Shown: positions 10,014 to 18,173 of the stretch, one piece after another
How the letters are laid out: every line of letters begins with the position of its first letter
Position numbering within the stretch: position 1 is the first letter of the stretch
DNA from: an uncultured Nitrospira sp.
GTDB lineage: Bacteria; Nitrospirota; Nitrospiria; Nitrospirales; Nitrospiraceae
Length of the DNA: 64,000 bases
Reading direction: 5' to 3'
Assembly: GCA_902500785.1 (NCBI GenBank)
Contig: CABVRW010000008.1
Coordinates: 19,095 to 83,094, forward strand
Translations under genes and position numbers: made by a program
Notes under the pieces: generated by a model
The model's input: the letters and a program-made list of their open reading frames with translations, nothing else
Database searches by the model: none
What the model was told of the DNA's origin: nothing

Positions 10014-10186
10014 GTCTTGATACGGCGTCCCATCTCTTCGTGGCTGATCGTTCTCCCGGCATCAGAGTCAGCAAGTCCCCTCTTGACCATTCGAGCGAAG
10101 GACAACTCTCGCAGGATCTCACCGTACGAACTATCGTCGGGCTGGTTTTGAAGTATCTTTGCGATCTGTTCTTTGGCGGAAGGCAT
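10001..10186 (-). CDS. addiction-module antitoxin (61 aa)
   Basis: MPSAKEQIAKILQNQPDDSSYGEILREL...RGLADSDAGRTISHEEM; GGAGG SD upstream; overlaps toxin start by 13 nt. Confidence 0.8.
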   Translation of the reverse strand: MPSAKEQIAKILQNQPDDSSYGEILRELSFARMVKRGLADSDAGRTISHEEMGRRIKTWQK

Positions 10187-10282
10187 AAACACCTCCCTGC
10201 AGTGTATGTCCAAGGGCACAACATTCGGTTGAATATCCCCTTATCCCGCGGAACCTTAGAAGAATAGCGAGAGGACCCTCGA

Positions 10283-10311
10283 TTTACAAGCGACAGGTGG
10301 GTTGTTAGTAT
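10283..10311 (+). promoter_or_regulatory. sigma70-type promoter of cstA, probably leaderless
   Basis: TTTACA (10283-10288), 17 bp, TAGTAT (10306-10311); ATG 10319 is 7 nt downstream, no SD. Confidence 0.6.
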
Positions 10312-10318
10312 GCCGCGC

Positions 10319-12325
10319 ATGAAAACGGTCTATCGTCTGCTTTGGGTGCTGCTCTCAATCCTTGGCGCCGTGGCGCTCGGCCATGTCACCGGGCTCGTCA
10401 ATCCCCATGAAAAAGTAAATGGCCTGTGGCTGGTCGTGGCGGCGGCCTGCATCTATGTGTTGGCCTATCGGTTCTATGGCCGCTGGTTGGCTCGTCATGT
10501 CGTGCAGTTAGACGACAAGCGCTTGACGCCTGCCGTGCGTTTGAACGACGGCGTGAACTTTCACCCGACCAATAAGGTCGTGTTGTTTGGTCATCATTTC
10601 GCGGCCATCGCGGGGGCGGGCCCGTTGCTCGGCCCAGTGCTGGCAGCGCAGTTTGGGTTTCTCCCAGGATTTCTCTGGCTGGTGGTCGGCGCGGTGCTGG
10701 CGGGGGCCGTGCAGGACTTCATCATCCTCGTCGCTTCGATGCGGCGTAACGGCCGCTCGCTGCCGGAAATCGCCCATGACGAACTTGGCTCCATCACCGG
10801 AACGGCAACGGCGGTGGCGGTGCTCTTTATTGTGGTGGTGGCGTTGGCGGGACTGGGCTTCGCGGTGGTCAATGCGCTGTATCACAATGCTTGGGGGACG
10901 TTCACCATCGCCATGACGATTCCCATCGGCTTCATCATGGGTTTCTATCTTCAGAAGTTTCGCCCCGGCGCAGTGGCCGAAGTGTCGGTGATCGGGTTGG
11001 TGCTGCTGGTGGCGGCGGTGTTGTTCGGACGTGTGGTCGGCCAGTCATCTGTTGCCTGGCTCTTCGAGTTCGACAAGCCGGCGCTGGTGTGGCTGTTGGC
11101 CGGCTATGGATTTCTCGCATCGGTATTACCGGGCTGGATGTTACTGGTGCCGCGCGGCTATCTCTCCACATTTATGAAACTGGGCGTGGTGTTGTTGCTC
11201 GGCTTCGGTGTGATCCTCATGGCGCCGACGATCGAGATGCCGCGCGTGACCTCATTCGCGAACGGCGGCGGACCGATCATTCCCGGCACGCTGTTCCCGT
11301 TTCTCTTCATCACGATCGCCTGTGGGGCGGTCTCGGGCTTCCATTCGCTGGTGTCTTCCGGCACGACGCCCAAGATGATCGAACAGGAGTCGCAGGCTGT
11401 GGTGGGATATGCGGCGATGCTGTTGGAAAGTTTCGTCGGTGTGATGGCGTTGATTGCGGCCTCGGTGCTGATTCCCGGCGACTATCTGGCGATCAATACG
11501 ATGCTCTCCGCGGAGACGTTGACCACGATGGGGTTCGCGCCCGCTCGGATTGCGGAACTGTCGCAGTTGGTCGAAGTAAACGTGGCGGGCCGGCCGGGAG
11601 GGGCGGTGTCATTGGCGGTGGGCATGGCGTCCATCTTTGCCGCGCTGCCGGGCATGGCAGGGTTGATGGCCTATTGGTATCAGTTCGCGCTCGTGTTCGA
11701 GGCACTGTTCATCTTGACGACCATAGATACGGGCACGCGTGTGGCACGGTATCTGATCCAGGAAATGGCCGGCAGGGTGTATGCGCCGTTTCGACAGATG
11801 AATTGGTGGCCCGGGGTCTTGCTGAGCAGCGCCTTTGTGGTAGGCGCGTGGGCCTACTTGATCGGGACGGGGAGCATTTCGACGATCTGGCCGATGTTCG
11901 GGGCGGCGAACCAATTGCTCGGGACGCTGGCGCTCTGCATCGGGACGACGGTATTGATCAAAATGTGGAAGTCATCCTATCTCTGGGTCACGGCGGTACC
12001 AATGTTGTTCGTGGGCGGGATCACGCTGGCCGGCTCGTATGAGATGTTCTGGATGTTTTTGGCGAAGGCGGCGCCGCTCGCGGCGGGGCAGGCCGTTGCG
12101 CTCTATCTTGATGCCGCGTTGGTGGCGGTGGTGGCGATTCTCGGTGTGGTCGTCTTGAGCGACAGTATGAAGCAATGGTATGGGTACGTGATTCTGAAAC
12201 GTCCGTTCAGCAGCAGCGAAGTGATCGCCACGGCCGGCGGGGGCTCCGCCGGTTATATTCGGACGGCCATCCACCGGCACGATGAGCGCGGGTTCAAGCT
12301 GCCGGACGGAACCGGCTGTTGCTAG
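10319..12325 (+). CDS. cstA: carbon starvation protein A (CstA/BtsT-type pyruvate/peptide transporter)
   Basis: VLFGHHFAAIAGAGPLLGP, LFITIACGAVSGFHSL, IWPMFGAANQLL. Confidence 0.95.
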   Translation: MKTVYRLLWVLLSILGAVALGHVTGLVNPHEKVNGLWLVVAAACIYVLAYRFYGRWLARHVVQLDDKRLTPAVRLNDGVNFHPTNKVVLFGHHFAAIAGAGPLLGPVLAAQFGFLPGFLWLVVGAVLAGAVQDFIILVASMRRNGRSLPEIAHDELGSITGTATAVAVLFIVVVALAGLGFAVVNALYHNAWGTFTIAMTIPIGFIMGFYLQKFRPGAVAEVSVIGLVLLVAAVLFGRVVGQSSVAWLFEFDKPALVWLLAGYGFLASVLPGWMLLVPRGYLSTFMKLGVVLLLGFGVILMAPTIEMPRVTSFANGGGPIIPGTLFPFLFITIACGAVSGFHSLVSSGTTPKMIEQESQAVVGYAAMLLESFVGVMALIAASVLIPGDYLAINTMLSAETLTTMGFAPARIAELSQLVEVNVAGRPGGAVSLAVGMASIFAALPGMAGLMAYWYQFALVFEALFILTTIDTGTRVARYLIQEMAGRVYAPFRQMNWWPGVLLSSAFVVGAWAYLIGTGSISTIWPMFGAANQLLGTLALCIGTTVLIKMWKSSYLWVTAVPMLFVGGITLAGSYEMFWMFLAKAAPLAAGQAVALYLDAALVAVVAILGVVVLSDSMKQWYGYVILKRPFSSSEVIATAGGGSAGYIRTAIHRHDERGFKLPDGTGCC

Positions 12326-12380
12326 CAGCGGTTGGATTAAGCGGGATCCGTGACGCGTCACGACTTACGAGGAGGACATC

Positions 12381-12878
12381 ATGGCTGACCAATCATCCTT
12401 TGATGTAGTGTCGGAAGTGAATATGCAGGAAATGAAAAACGTCGTCGATCAGGCAACGAAGGAGATCAAGCAGCGGTTTGATTTTAAGGACTCGAAAACC
12501 GAGCTCACATTGAGGGAGAAGGAAAAGGAACTGATGGTGCTGTCCGACGACGAGTACAAGCTCAATGCGGTCAACGAAATAATCAAGTCGAAATGTGTCA
12601 AGCGCGGGGTCTCGCTGAAGGCGTTCGAGTACGGCAAGATCGAGCAGGCGCTTGGCGCCACAGTCCGGCAGGTGATCAAGATTCAAAGCGGTATTGCCTC
12701 AGAGAAGGCCAAGGAAATCACCAAGGCCGTCAAAGAGTCCAAGTTGAAAGTGCAGGCGCAAATTCAGGGCGAACAGGTGCGCGTGATCAGCAAGAGTAAA
12801 GATGATTTGCAGGCGGCGATCGTCTTCTTGAAGGGGAAAGATTTTGGGATTGATTTGCAATTCACCAACTACCGCTAG
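12381..12878 (+). CDS. yajQ: YajQ-family nucleotide/c-di-GMP-binding protein
   Basis: SFDVVSEV, RFDFK, QAQIQGEQVRVISKSKDDLQ, LQFTNYR; AGGAGG SD. Confidence 0.95.
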   Translation: MADQSSFDVVSEVNMQEMKNVVDQATKEIKQRFDFKDSKTELTLREKEKELMVLSDDEYKLNAVNEIIKSKCVKRGVSLKAFEYGKIEQALGATVRQVIKIQSGIASEKAKEITKAVKESKLKVQAQIQGEQVRVISKSKDDLQAAIVFLKGKDFGIDLQFTNYR

Positions 12879-13028
12879 GGGCAGGATGCTGACACGAGGC
12901 CCCAACTGCGATCTCGGTCGATCGTCCGCCTCAATGTGCAGCATAGAGCACGCCTCGGTGGCCGAACCTCGCTGCGGCCTGGATGGATGGCCCGTTTGAG
13001 CATCCTGGAGGGAGTCCGAACGCTGGGC

Positions 13029-14048
13029 ATGACACAATTCCTCGCGCTCCTTTTGCTGACCTCGCTGTCTCTCGGCGGATGTACGGGCAGCGACCCGATC
13101 GTCGTCATTGAAGTGCACCCCACCAATCCGGACATTCTCTATATCGCCACCAACGACTACATCTATAAAACGCGTGACGGCGGGAAGACCTGGAGCAATC
13201 TCTCGAAGGGGATGAGTTATTCGCGGGTGATCGCGTTGGCGATCGATCCGGCGTACCCCGCGACGGTGTATGCCGGGACGAAGGGAGATGCGGTCTATAA
13301 AAGCTATGACGGCGGTCAACGCTGGACGTCCATGCGAGTTGGATTGGACGATGCCACGATTTCCTCCGTCGTGAATCAATTTGTCTTCGACCCGGCGGAC
13401 GACACCCACATTTTTCTGGCCACCACCATGGGGGTCTTCGAGTCGAAGAATGCCGGTGAGCGGTGGGTGAAGCGGATGGAGGGCATGAAGGAAGTGCTGA
13501 TGGTCGTGACGCTGGGGATGGATCCCACGCGCTCGTCGGTGCTCTATGCCGGCACCAGCGGCGGTGTGTATAAGTCGAGCGATCAGGGGGCGCATTGGGT
13601 GCAGGTGAATCATGGCCTGGTGCCGGAGGGGTTGGTGAAGACGTCGCGCGCACTGGGCGTCACGTCCGTACAAGTCGATCCCTTTACGCCGGACACGGTC
13701 TATGCCGCGACGTTGGCCGGTCTCTACAAAACCACGGATGGCGCGGCCTCCTGGGTGCGCATCGGCGGATCGCTGCAGGATCAAATGATCGTGGCGATGG
13801 TGCTTGATCGTGTGCGGGCCGGGGTCATGTATGTGGCCGCACGAGATGGCATCCATCGGAGTGAGGACGGCGGGAAGACCTGGGCGGCATTGAATGAAGG
13901 GCTGTCGACCACCAATATACGGTCGCTTGCGCAGAGCGCCATGAATCCACGGCTGTTCTATGCCGGAACGAACGGCAGCGGGTTGTATCGGAGTATGGAC
14001 GGAGGTGCCCATTGGGAGGCGCTTCCATCGGTCTTTCCTAAGGAATAG
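13029..14048 (+). CDS. lipoprotein with BNR/Asp-box beta-propeller (VPS10/Ycf48-like)
   Basis: Signal peptide ending LGGC; about 7 repeats of [YF]K[ST]xD[GQ]Gx[TS]W; start uncertain (12936 or 13029). Confidence 0.8.
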   Translation: MTQFLALLLLTSLSLGGCTGSDPIVVIEVHPTNPDILYIATNDYIYKTRDGGKTWSNLSKGMSYSRVIALAIDPAYPATVYAGTKGDAVYKSYDGGQRWTSMRVGLDDATISSVVNQFVFDPADDTHIFLATTMGVFESKNAGERWVKRMEGMKEVLMVVTLGMDPTRSSVLYAGTSGGVYKSSDQGAHWVQVNHGLVPEGLVKTSRALGVTSVQVDPFTPDTVYAATLAGLYKTTDGAASWVRIGGSLQDQMIVAMVLDRVRAGVMYVAARDGIHRSEDGGKTWAALNEGLSTTNIRSLAQSAMNPRLFYAGTNGSGLYRSMDGGAHWEALPSVFPKE

Positions 14049-14072
14049 CGAGACGATCCGGCGGGCAGCGGT

Positions 14073-14414
14073 TTACCTGCGAGATTGGTGGTTGAGGGAG
14101 GAGTCGCCGATTGCGGCGCCGACACCCCGCATCTGCACGGATGACGAATTCTCGGCGTTTTCTGCTGAGTTGATATCAAACCCGAATGCATTCGGAAGCG
14201 TGGTGTCCTGTGTCTGAGCGCCCACTCGATCCGGCAAGTTGCTGTCTTTGAGATCCTCTCCTCTTCGTGGGCGCAGTGATTCGTTGACATTGCTATAGGG
14301 CGAGACCGTGGCTCCGATGTCGGCCCCGAAACTGGGATTGAGGGATCGATTCAAATTGGTATTTTCGATGTCCCCGCCGATTCTGGTCGGGATCGTGGTG
14401 TCTTGGATGTCCAT
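14073..14414 (-). repeat. 6-7 degenerate ~13-aa protein repeats, consensus [QNK]-[DE]-[ST]-x-L-x4-G-x-D-I
   Basis: QDTTIPTRIGGDI, NRSLNPSFGADI, NESLRPRRGEDL, KDSNLPDRVGAQT, QDTTLPNAFGFDI, NSSSVQMRGVGAAI. Confidence 0.6.
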
Positions 14415-15167
14415 GCCTGTCGGCGCTGAGGCCGGCGGTCTCCTGGGGCGGATGTCATGCGTGATCGCCGCACGCTCCTCCTCGATGCGCCGTGCTTCGC
14501 GCGCGCGCTGTTCGTCATCCAACGCATCAAGCTTATCGAATCGTTCGCCTAGTCCCTGGATCCGCGTCTTGATCTTCGTGAGATCGTCTCGCGCGATGGC
14601 GACCGTCCCGACGATTTCGCTCAGTGTCCACTGGCGCGCAAAGGTGCCGAGTTTGGGTGATTGGCCTGGTCCGCCGCCCAGTCCTTCTGCTCCGCTTCCC
14701 ACGCCGAATCCCGCACTGTTGTAGATGCCCTTTTGTTGCACCGACATCAGAATGTGATTGGACTGTTCCAAGAGTTCGTCGAGGCGCTCCACGGAATCGA
14801 ACTCACTGGCGCAGCACTCGAGGAATTCCCGATACTCGCGCGTGAACTTCGAGGCTTCGTTTTGGATCTCGACGATCTTGAGCGGTTTTTTCGGAATGGC
14901 CTCAGCGTGGTCGGCCGCGTCGAGCTTATCCGGCTTCTTGGCGTCGCGCTCCGCGTCGTACAGGGGGGTGCAGCCTGCATCGGGAGTGGCGGTAATCCGC
15001 TTGTCCGCCGTGCGGTTTGGACACCAATAGATTTTTCCAGGCTGGTTCAATGGGTTGTCCGGTCTGAATTCTCCCGCTTGTGTGGACGGCAGCAGGCCGA
15101 CCAGGAGAAGCCCGGCAAGCAACGGGGTCAGCGGACGCGGATGGTGGATCGAACTCGTATGCATCAT
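14073..15167 (-). CDS. exported hypothetical protein with Cys-paired N-terminal module, coiled coil and C-terminal degenerate repeats
   Basis: Signal-like LLAGLLLVGLLPSTQA; IYWC..AGC; long single ORF filling the gap between neighbours; start at 15167 inferred. Confidence 0.7.
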   Translation of the reverse strand: MMHTSSIHHPRPLTPLLAGLLLVGLLPSTQAGEFRPDNPLNQPGKIYWCPNRTADKRITATPDAGCTPLYDAERDAKKPDKLDAADHAEAIPKKPLKIVEIQNEASKFTREYREFLECCASEFDSVERLDELLEQSNHILMSVQQKGIYNSAGFGVGSGAEGLGGGPGQSPKLGTFARQWTLSEIVGTVAIARDDLTKIKTRIQGLGERFDKLDALDDEQRAREARRIEEERAAITHDIRPRRPPASAPTGMDIQDTTIPTRIGGDIENTNLNRSLNPSFGADIGATVSPYSNVNESLRPRRGEDLKDSNLPDRVGAQTQDTTLPNAFGFDINSAENAENSSSVQMRGVGAAIGDSSLNHQSRR

Positions 15168-15304
15168 GAATGTGATGATGCCCCGGGGAGGGCGTTGTGT
15201 CAATAAAAGGGGGGAATTGCGATGCGCTTGAAAAGCTCGGTGCTGTTCGTTACCCTCCGGCCATGACACGGTTCGATCATGTTCTTGACTGAATAGGATT
15301 GCCA

Positions 15305-16597
15305 ATGCCTGTGATGTATATCGATGAAGCGGCCGGCTATGCCGGGCAAGAAGTGACGATTCGTGGGTGGCTCCGCAGTCGGCGAGACAAGGGGAAGCTC
15401 CATTTCCTGATCGTGCGGGATGGGACCGGCGACATCCAGGCCGTCGTGAGCAAGGGAGCGGTGGGGGACGAGCAGTTCGCTCGGTCGGCGGAACTCACGC
15501 AAGAGTCCAGTCTCGTTCTCACAGGCACGCTCCGGCAGGATGCGCGCGCGCCGGGAGGGTACGAACTCGATGTGCTGCGGCTTGATGTCTTGCAGGTGGC
15601 GGAACCGTTTCCGATTCAGCCGAAGGAGCACGGCACGGGGTTCTTGATGGAGCATCGTCACCTCTGGCTGCGCTCCAGCCGGCAACATGCCGTGCTGCGC
15701 GTTCGGCATGAGATTATTCGGGCCTGCCGAAACTTCTTCGACGATCGTGGATTTACGCTGGTAGATGCGCCGATTTTCACGCCGAATGCGTGCGAGGGGA
15801 CGACGACACTGTTCCAGACGCAATACTTCGACGAGACGGCGTATCTGACGCAGAGTGGGCAACTTTATAGTGAAGCAACGGCGGCAGCGTTTGGAAAAGT
15901 GTATTGCTTCGGCCCGACCTTTCGCGCGGAAAAATCCAAGACGCGACGGCACTTGATGGAGTTTTGGATGGTTGAACCCGAGGTAGCGTTCGCGCAATTG
16001 CCGGACATGATGGAGTTGGCTGAACAGTTCCTGTCCCACGTTGTGGCGGCGGTGCTGAAGACTCGTCGCGCCGAGCTTCAGCTGCTTGAGCGAGATCTCG
16101 AGAAGCTGGAGCGTGTGACGGCGCCGTTTCCGCGCATCACCTATGAGGAAGCCATTGAGATTCTTCAGCGGAAAGGGAATCCTGCGAAGCCTGGAGACGA
16201 TTTTGGGGCGGATGATGAGACGATTCTTTCCAATGAATTCGATCGACCCGTGATCGTGCACCGATACCCCGCGGCATTAAAAGCATTTTATATGGAGACG
16301 GATCCGGAACGGCCGGATCTAGCGCTGTGCATGGATGTACTGGCTCCGGAAGGTTATGGAGAAATTATCGGCGGCGGCCAACGTATCCATTCCCATGAGA
16401 AGCTCTTGGCGCGCATCGAGGAGCATCATCTTCCCGCTGAAGCATTTCAATGGTACCTCGATCTCCGTCGATACGGCTCAGTCCCGCATGCCGGGTTTGG
16501 AATGGGTATTGAGCGGGCTGTGGCCTGGATTTGCGGCTTGGAGCACGTGCGAGAGACGATTCCCTTTCCTCGGATGCTCTATCGTTTATACCCGTAG
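15305..16597 (+). CDS. asnS: asparagine--tRNA ligase
   Basis: OB-fold N-terminus, [53 protein letters not shown]. Confidence 0.93.
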   Translation: MPVMYIDEAAGYAGQEVTIRGWLRSRRDKGKLHFLIVRDGTGDIQAVVSKGAVGDEQFARSAELTQESSLVLTGTLRQDARAPGGYELDVLRLDVLQVAEPFPIQPKEHGTGFLMEHRHLWLRSSRQHAVLRVRHEIIRACRNFFDDRGFTLVDAPIFTPNACEGTTTLFQTQYFDETAYLTQSGQLYSEATAAAFGKVYCFGPTFRAEKSKTRRHLMEFWMVEPEVAFAQLPDMMELAEQFLSHVVAAVLKTRRAELQLLERDLEKLERVTAPFPRITYEEAIEILQRKGNPAKPGDDFGADDETILSNEFDRPVIVHRYPAALKAFYMETDPERPDLALCMDVLAPEGYGEIIGGGQRIHSHEKLLARIEEHHLPAEAFQWYLDLRRYGSVPHAGFGMGIERAVAWICGLEHVRETIPFPRMLYRLYP

Positions 16598-16745
16598 CAG
16601 TGCGTCGTGATTGCTGCCTGGTTTTCGGCAGAAACGATCATTGAAATGCAGGTATTCAATCCGACTGATTTCTCAATCGTTCGTCCATTTTCCTGCCCAG
16701 TTTTCCGATCTGCCTCTCTGGAAATATAGGTCTACAGTGGGTTAG

Positions 16746-16777
16746 TTTCCCACAGAGTTGTCCACAAATGTGGATAA
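16746..16777. promoter_or_regulatory. DnaA-box cluster upstream of the dcw promoter
   Basis: TGTGGATAA 16769-16777 (exact reverse complement of TTATCCACA), TTGTCCACA 16758-16766 (1 mismatch), TTTCCCACA 16746-16754 (2 mismatches). Confidence 0.7.
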
Positions 16778-16853
16778 CTAGGCGGTAAAATTCAGCCGAA
16801 TACAACGTGTGTCTGAACTGAACAATATTCTTGATATGTAGGGGTAAATTCTG

Positions 16854-16881
16854 TTGACAGCTATTTGGTTGGGTGTATACT
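16854..16881 (+). promoter_or_regulatory. sigma70 promoter of the dcw cluster
   Basis: TTGACA 16854-16859, 16 bp, TATACT 16876-16881. Confidence 0.75.
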
Positions 16882-16892
16882 CCAGCCAATGT

Positions 16893-16918
16893 GTGGGGTG
16901 AAGTGGGTGGAAATGGAG
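16893..16918 (+). promoter_or_regulatory. MraZ-type operator: three repeats at exact 10-bp period
   Basis: GTGGG 16893, GTGGG 16903, ATGGA 16913; lies between the -10 element and the rsmH start; third repeat overlaps the SD. Confidence 0.7.
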
Positions 16919-16920
16919 AT

Positions 16921-17844
16921 ATGGATTCTGCTCGCGATTCCCATGAGCCGGTTTTAGTCGAAGAGATTTTATGTTGGCTGCAGTGTAAACCCGGTGGAGT
17001 TTACGTGGACTGCACTCTTGGATATGCAGGGCTGGCTGCTCGCCTTCTCGAACGCACCGCTCCAGATGGCATCCTTGTTGGGATTGATCGCGATGCAACG
17101 GCACTCGCGGAATCGCGCATGCGTCTGCAAGACGTCCGGTCTCGGGTGCATATTCGACATGGGAATTTTTGCGATCTCAAAGTTCTGGTTGCCGACTGTG
17201 GGGTGCGGCTAGTGGATGGCGTGATTTTTGACCTTGGGGTGTCCTCGCCTCAGCTCGATCGTGCGGAGCGCGGATTCAGTTTTCGGGAAGACGGCCCATT
17301 GGATATGCGCATGGATCAGCACGAAGGCCGCACTGCCGCGGATCTTGTCCGAGACTTGCCGGAGACCGAGTTGGCCGACGTGATCTATCAACTCGGCGAA
17401 GAGCGCTACTCGCGCAGAATTGCCCGCGCGATTGTGCAGGCGAGAATGCAGGGGGCCATCGAGACAACCGGGGCATTGGCGGCTGTGGTGGAGCGAGCCG
17501 TGCCGGCGTCGTATCGGCACGGTCGGATTCATTGTGCGACGCGTACCTTTCAGGCGTTACGGATTGCCGTGAATCGTGAGTTGGCTGTGCTGGAGCCGGC
17601 GCTCCGGGATGCTGTCGACATTCTGGCGCCTGAGGGGCGGGTCTGCGCCGTCTCGTTTCATTCACTTGAAGACAGAATCGTCAAGCATACATTTCGGGCG
17701 CTGGCGAACGGCCCCGAAGCTTCCGTGCGAGTGTTGACGAAAAAACCGGTCATCGCCTCGGACAACGAGCGTCGCCAAAACCCTCGATCGCGAAGCGCAA
17801 AGTTGCGCGTCGTGGAGCGAACTTCCAAGGAGTCTATGTCATGA
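16921..17844 (+). CDS. rsmH: 16S rRNA m4C1402 methyltransferase
   Basis: HEPVL, VDCTLGYAG, DLGVSSPQLD, RGFSF, TFQALRIAVN, SFHSLEDRIVK, NPRSRSAKLR. Confidence 0.97.
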   Translation: MDSARDSHEPVLVEEILCWLQCKPGGVYVDCTLGYAGLAARLLERTAPDGILVGIDRDATALAESRMRLQDVRSRVHIRHGNFCDLKVLVADCGVRLVDGVIFDLGVSSPQLDRAERGFSFREDGPLDMRMDQHEGRTAADLVRDLPETELADVIYQLGEERYSRRIARAIVQARMQGAIETTGALAAVVERAVPASYRHGRIHCATRTFQALRIAVNRELAVLEPALRDAVDILAPEGRVCAVSFHSLEDRIVKHTFRALANGPEASVRVLTKKPVIASDNERRQNPRSRSAKLRVVERTSKESMS

Positions 17845-18173
17845 AAGCCGTCGCGTTTGCCGCGGTCACGTTGCTGGTGTTGCTCTTTGTGTGGGAGCGG
17901 GTGGACATCGTTCGCATCGGCTACCACATCGAGCGGCTGAAGACGCAGAAGGTCCTCCTTGAGCGTGAGCGCGACGAATTGCGCGTCAAACTCTCGGGAT
18001 TTACGGCGCCTGAGCGGATCGCGCGCTTGGCCAGCGACAAGTTGGGGATGATGCAGCCCGAGAAGGGCCAGGTCGTGGTCGTCAATATCGAGCCGGAAGC
18101 GCCGGCCAATCCAGTCGTGGCGGAGGGTGAGGTGCGGATCGCCAAGAACATCGTGACGCGGAGAGCGCGATAG
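17841..18173 (+). CDS. ftsL: cell division protein FtsL
   Basis: TM plus coiled coil, APERIARLA; between rsmH and ftsI with ATGA overlap. Confidence 0.85.
   Translation: MKAVAFAAVTLLVLLFVWERVDIVRIGYHIERLKTQKVLLERERDELRVKLSGFTAPERIARLASDKLGMMQPEKGQVVVVNIEPEAPANPVVAEGEVRIAKNIVTRRAR

Noticed and set aside
10891-12042. 383-aa alternative-frame ORF inside cstA
   Set aside because: Gly/Arg-rich off-frame translation, no motifs
12699-14012. 437-aa antisense ORF with apparent periodicity
   Set aside because: Mirror of the BNR repeats on the + strand; no independent signals
15305-16597. AsnRS (direct Asn-tRNA route) as a novelty
   Set aside because: Ordinary housekeeping gene; nothing unusual visible apart from the possible leaderless start
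16815-16832. GAAC-AATA-TTCT as a possible LexA box upstream of dcw
   Set aside because: Mismatch in the second half-site; LexA specificity for this lineage unknown to me
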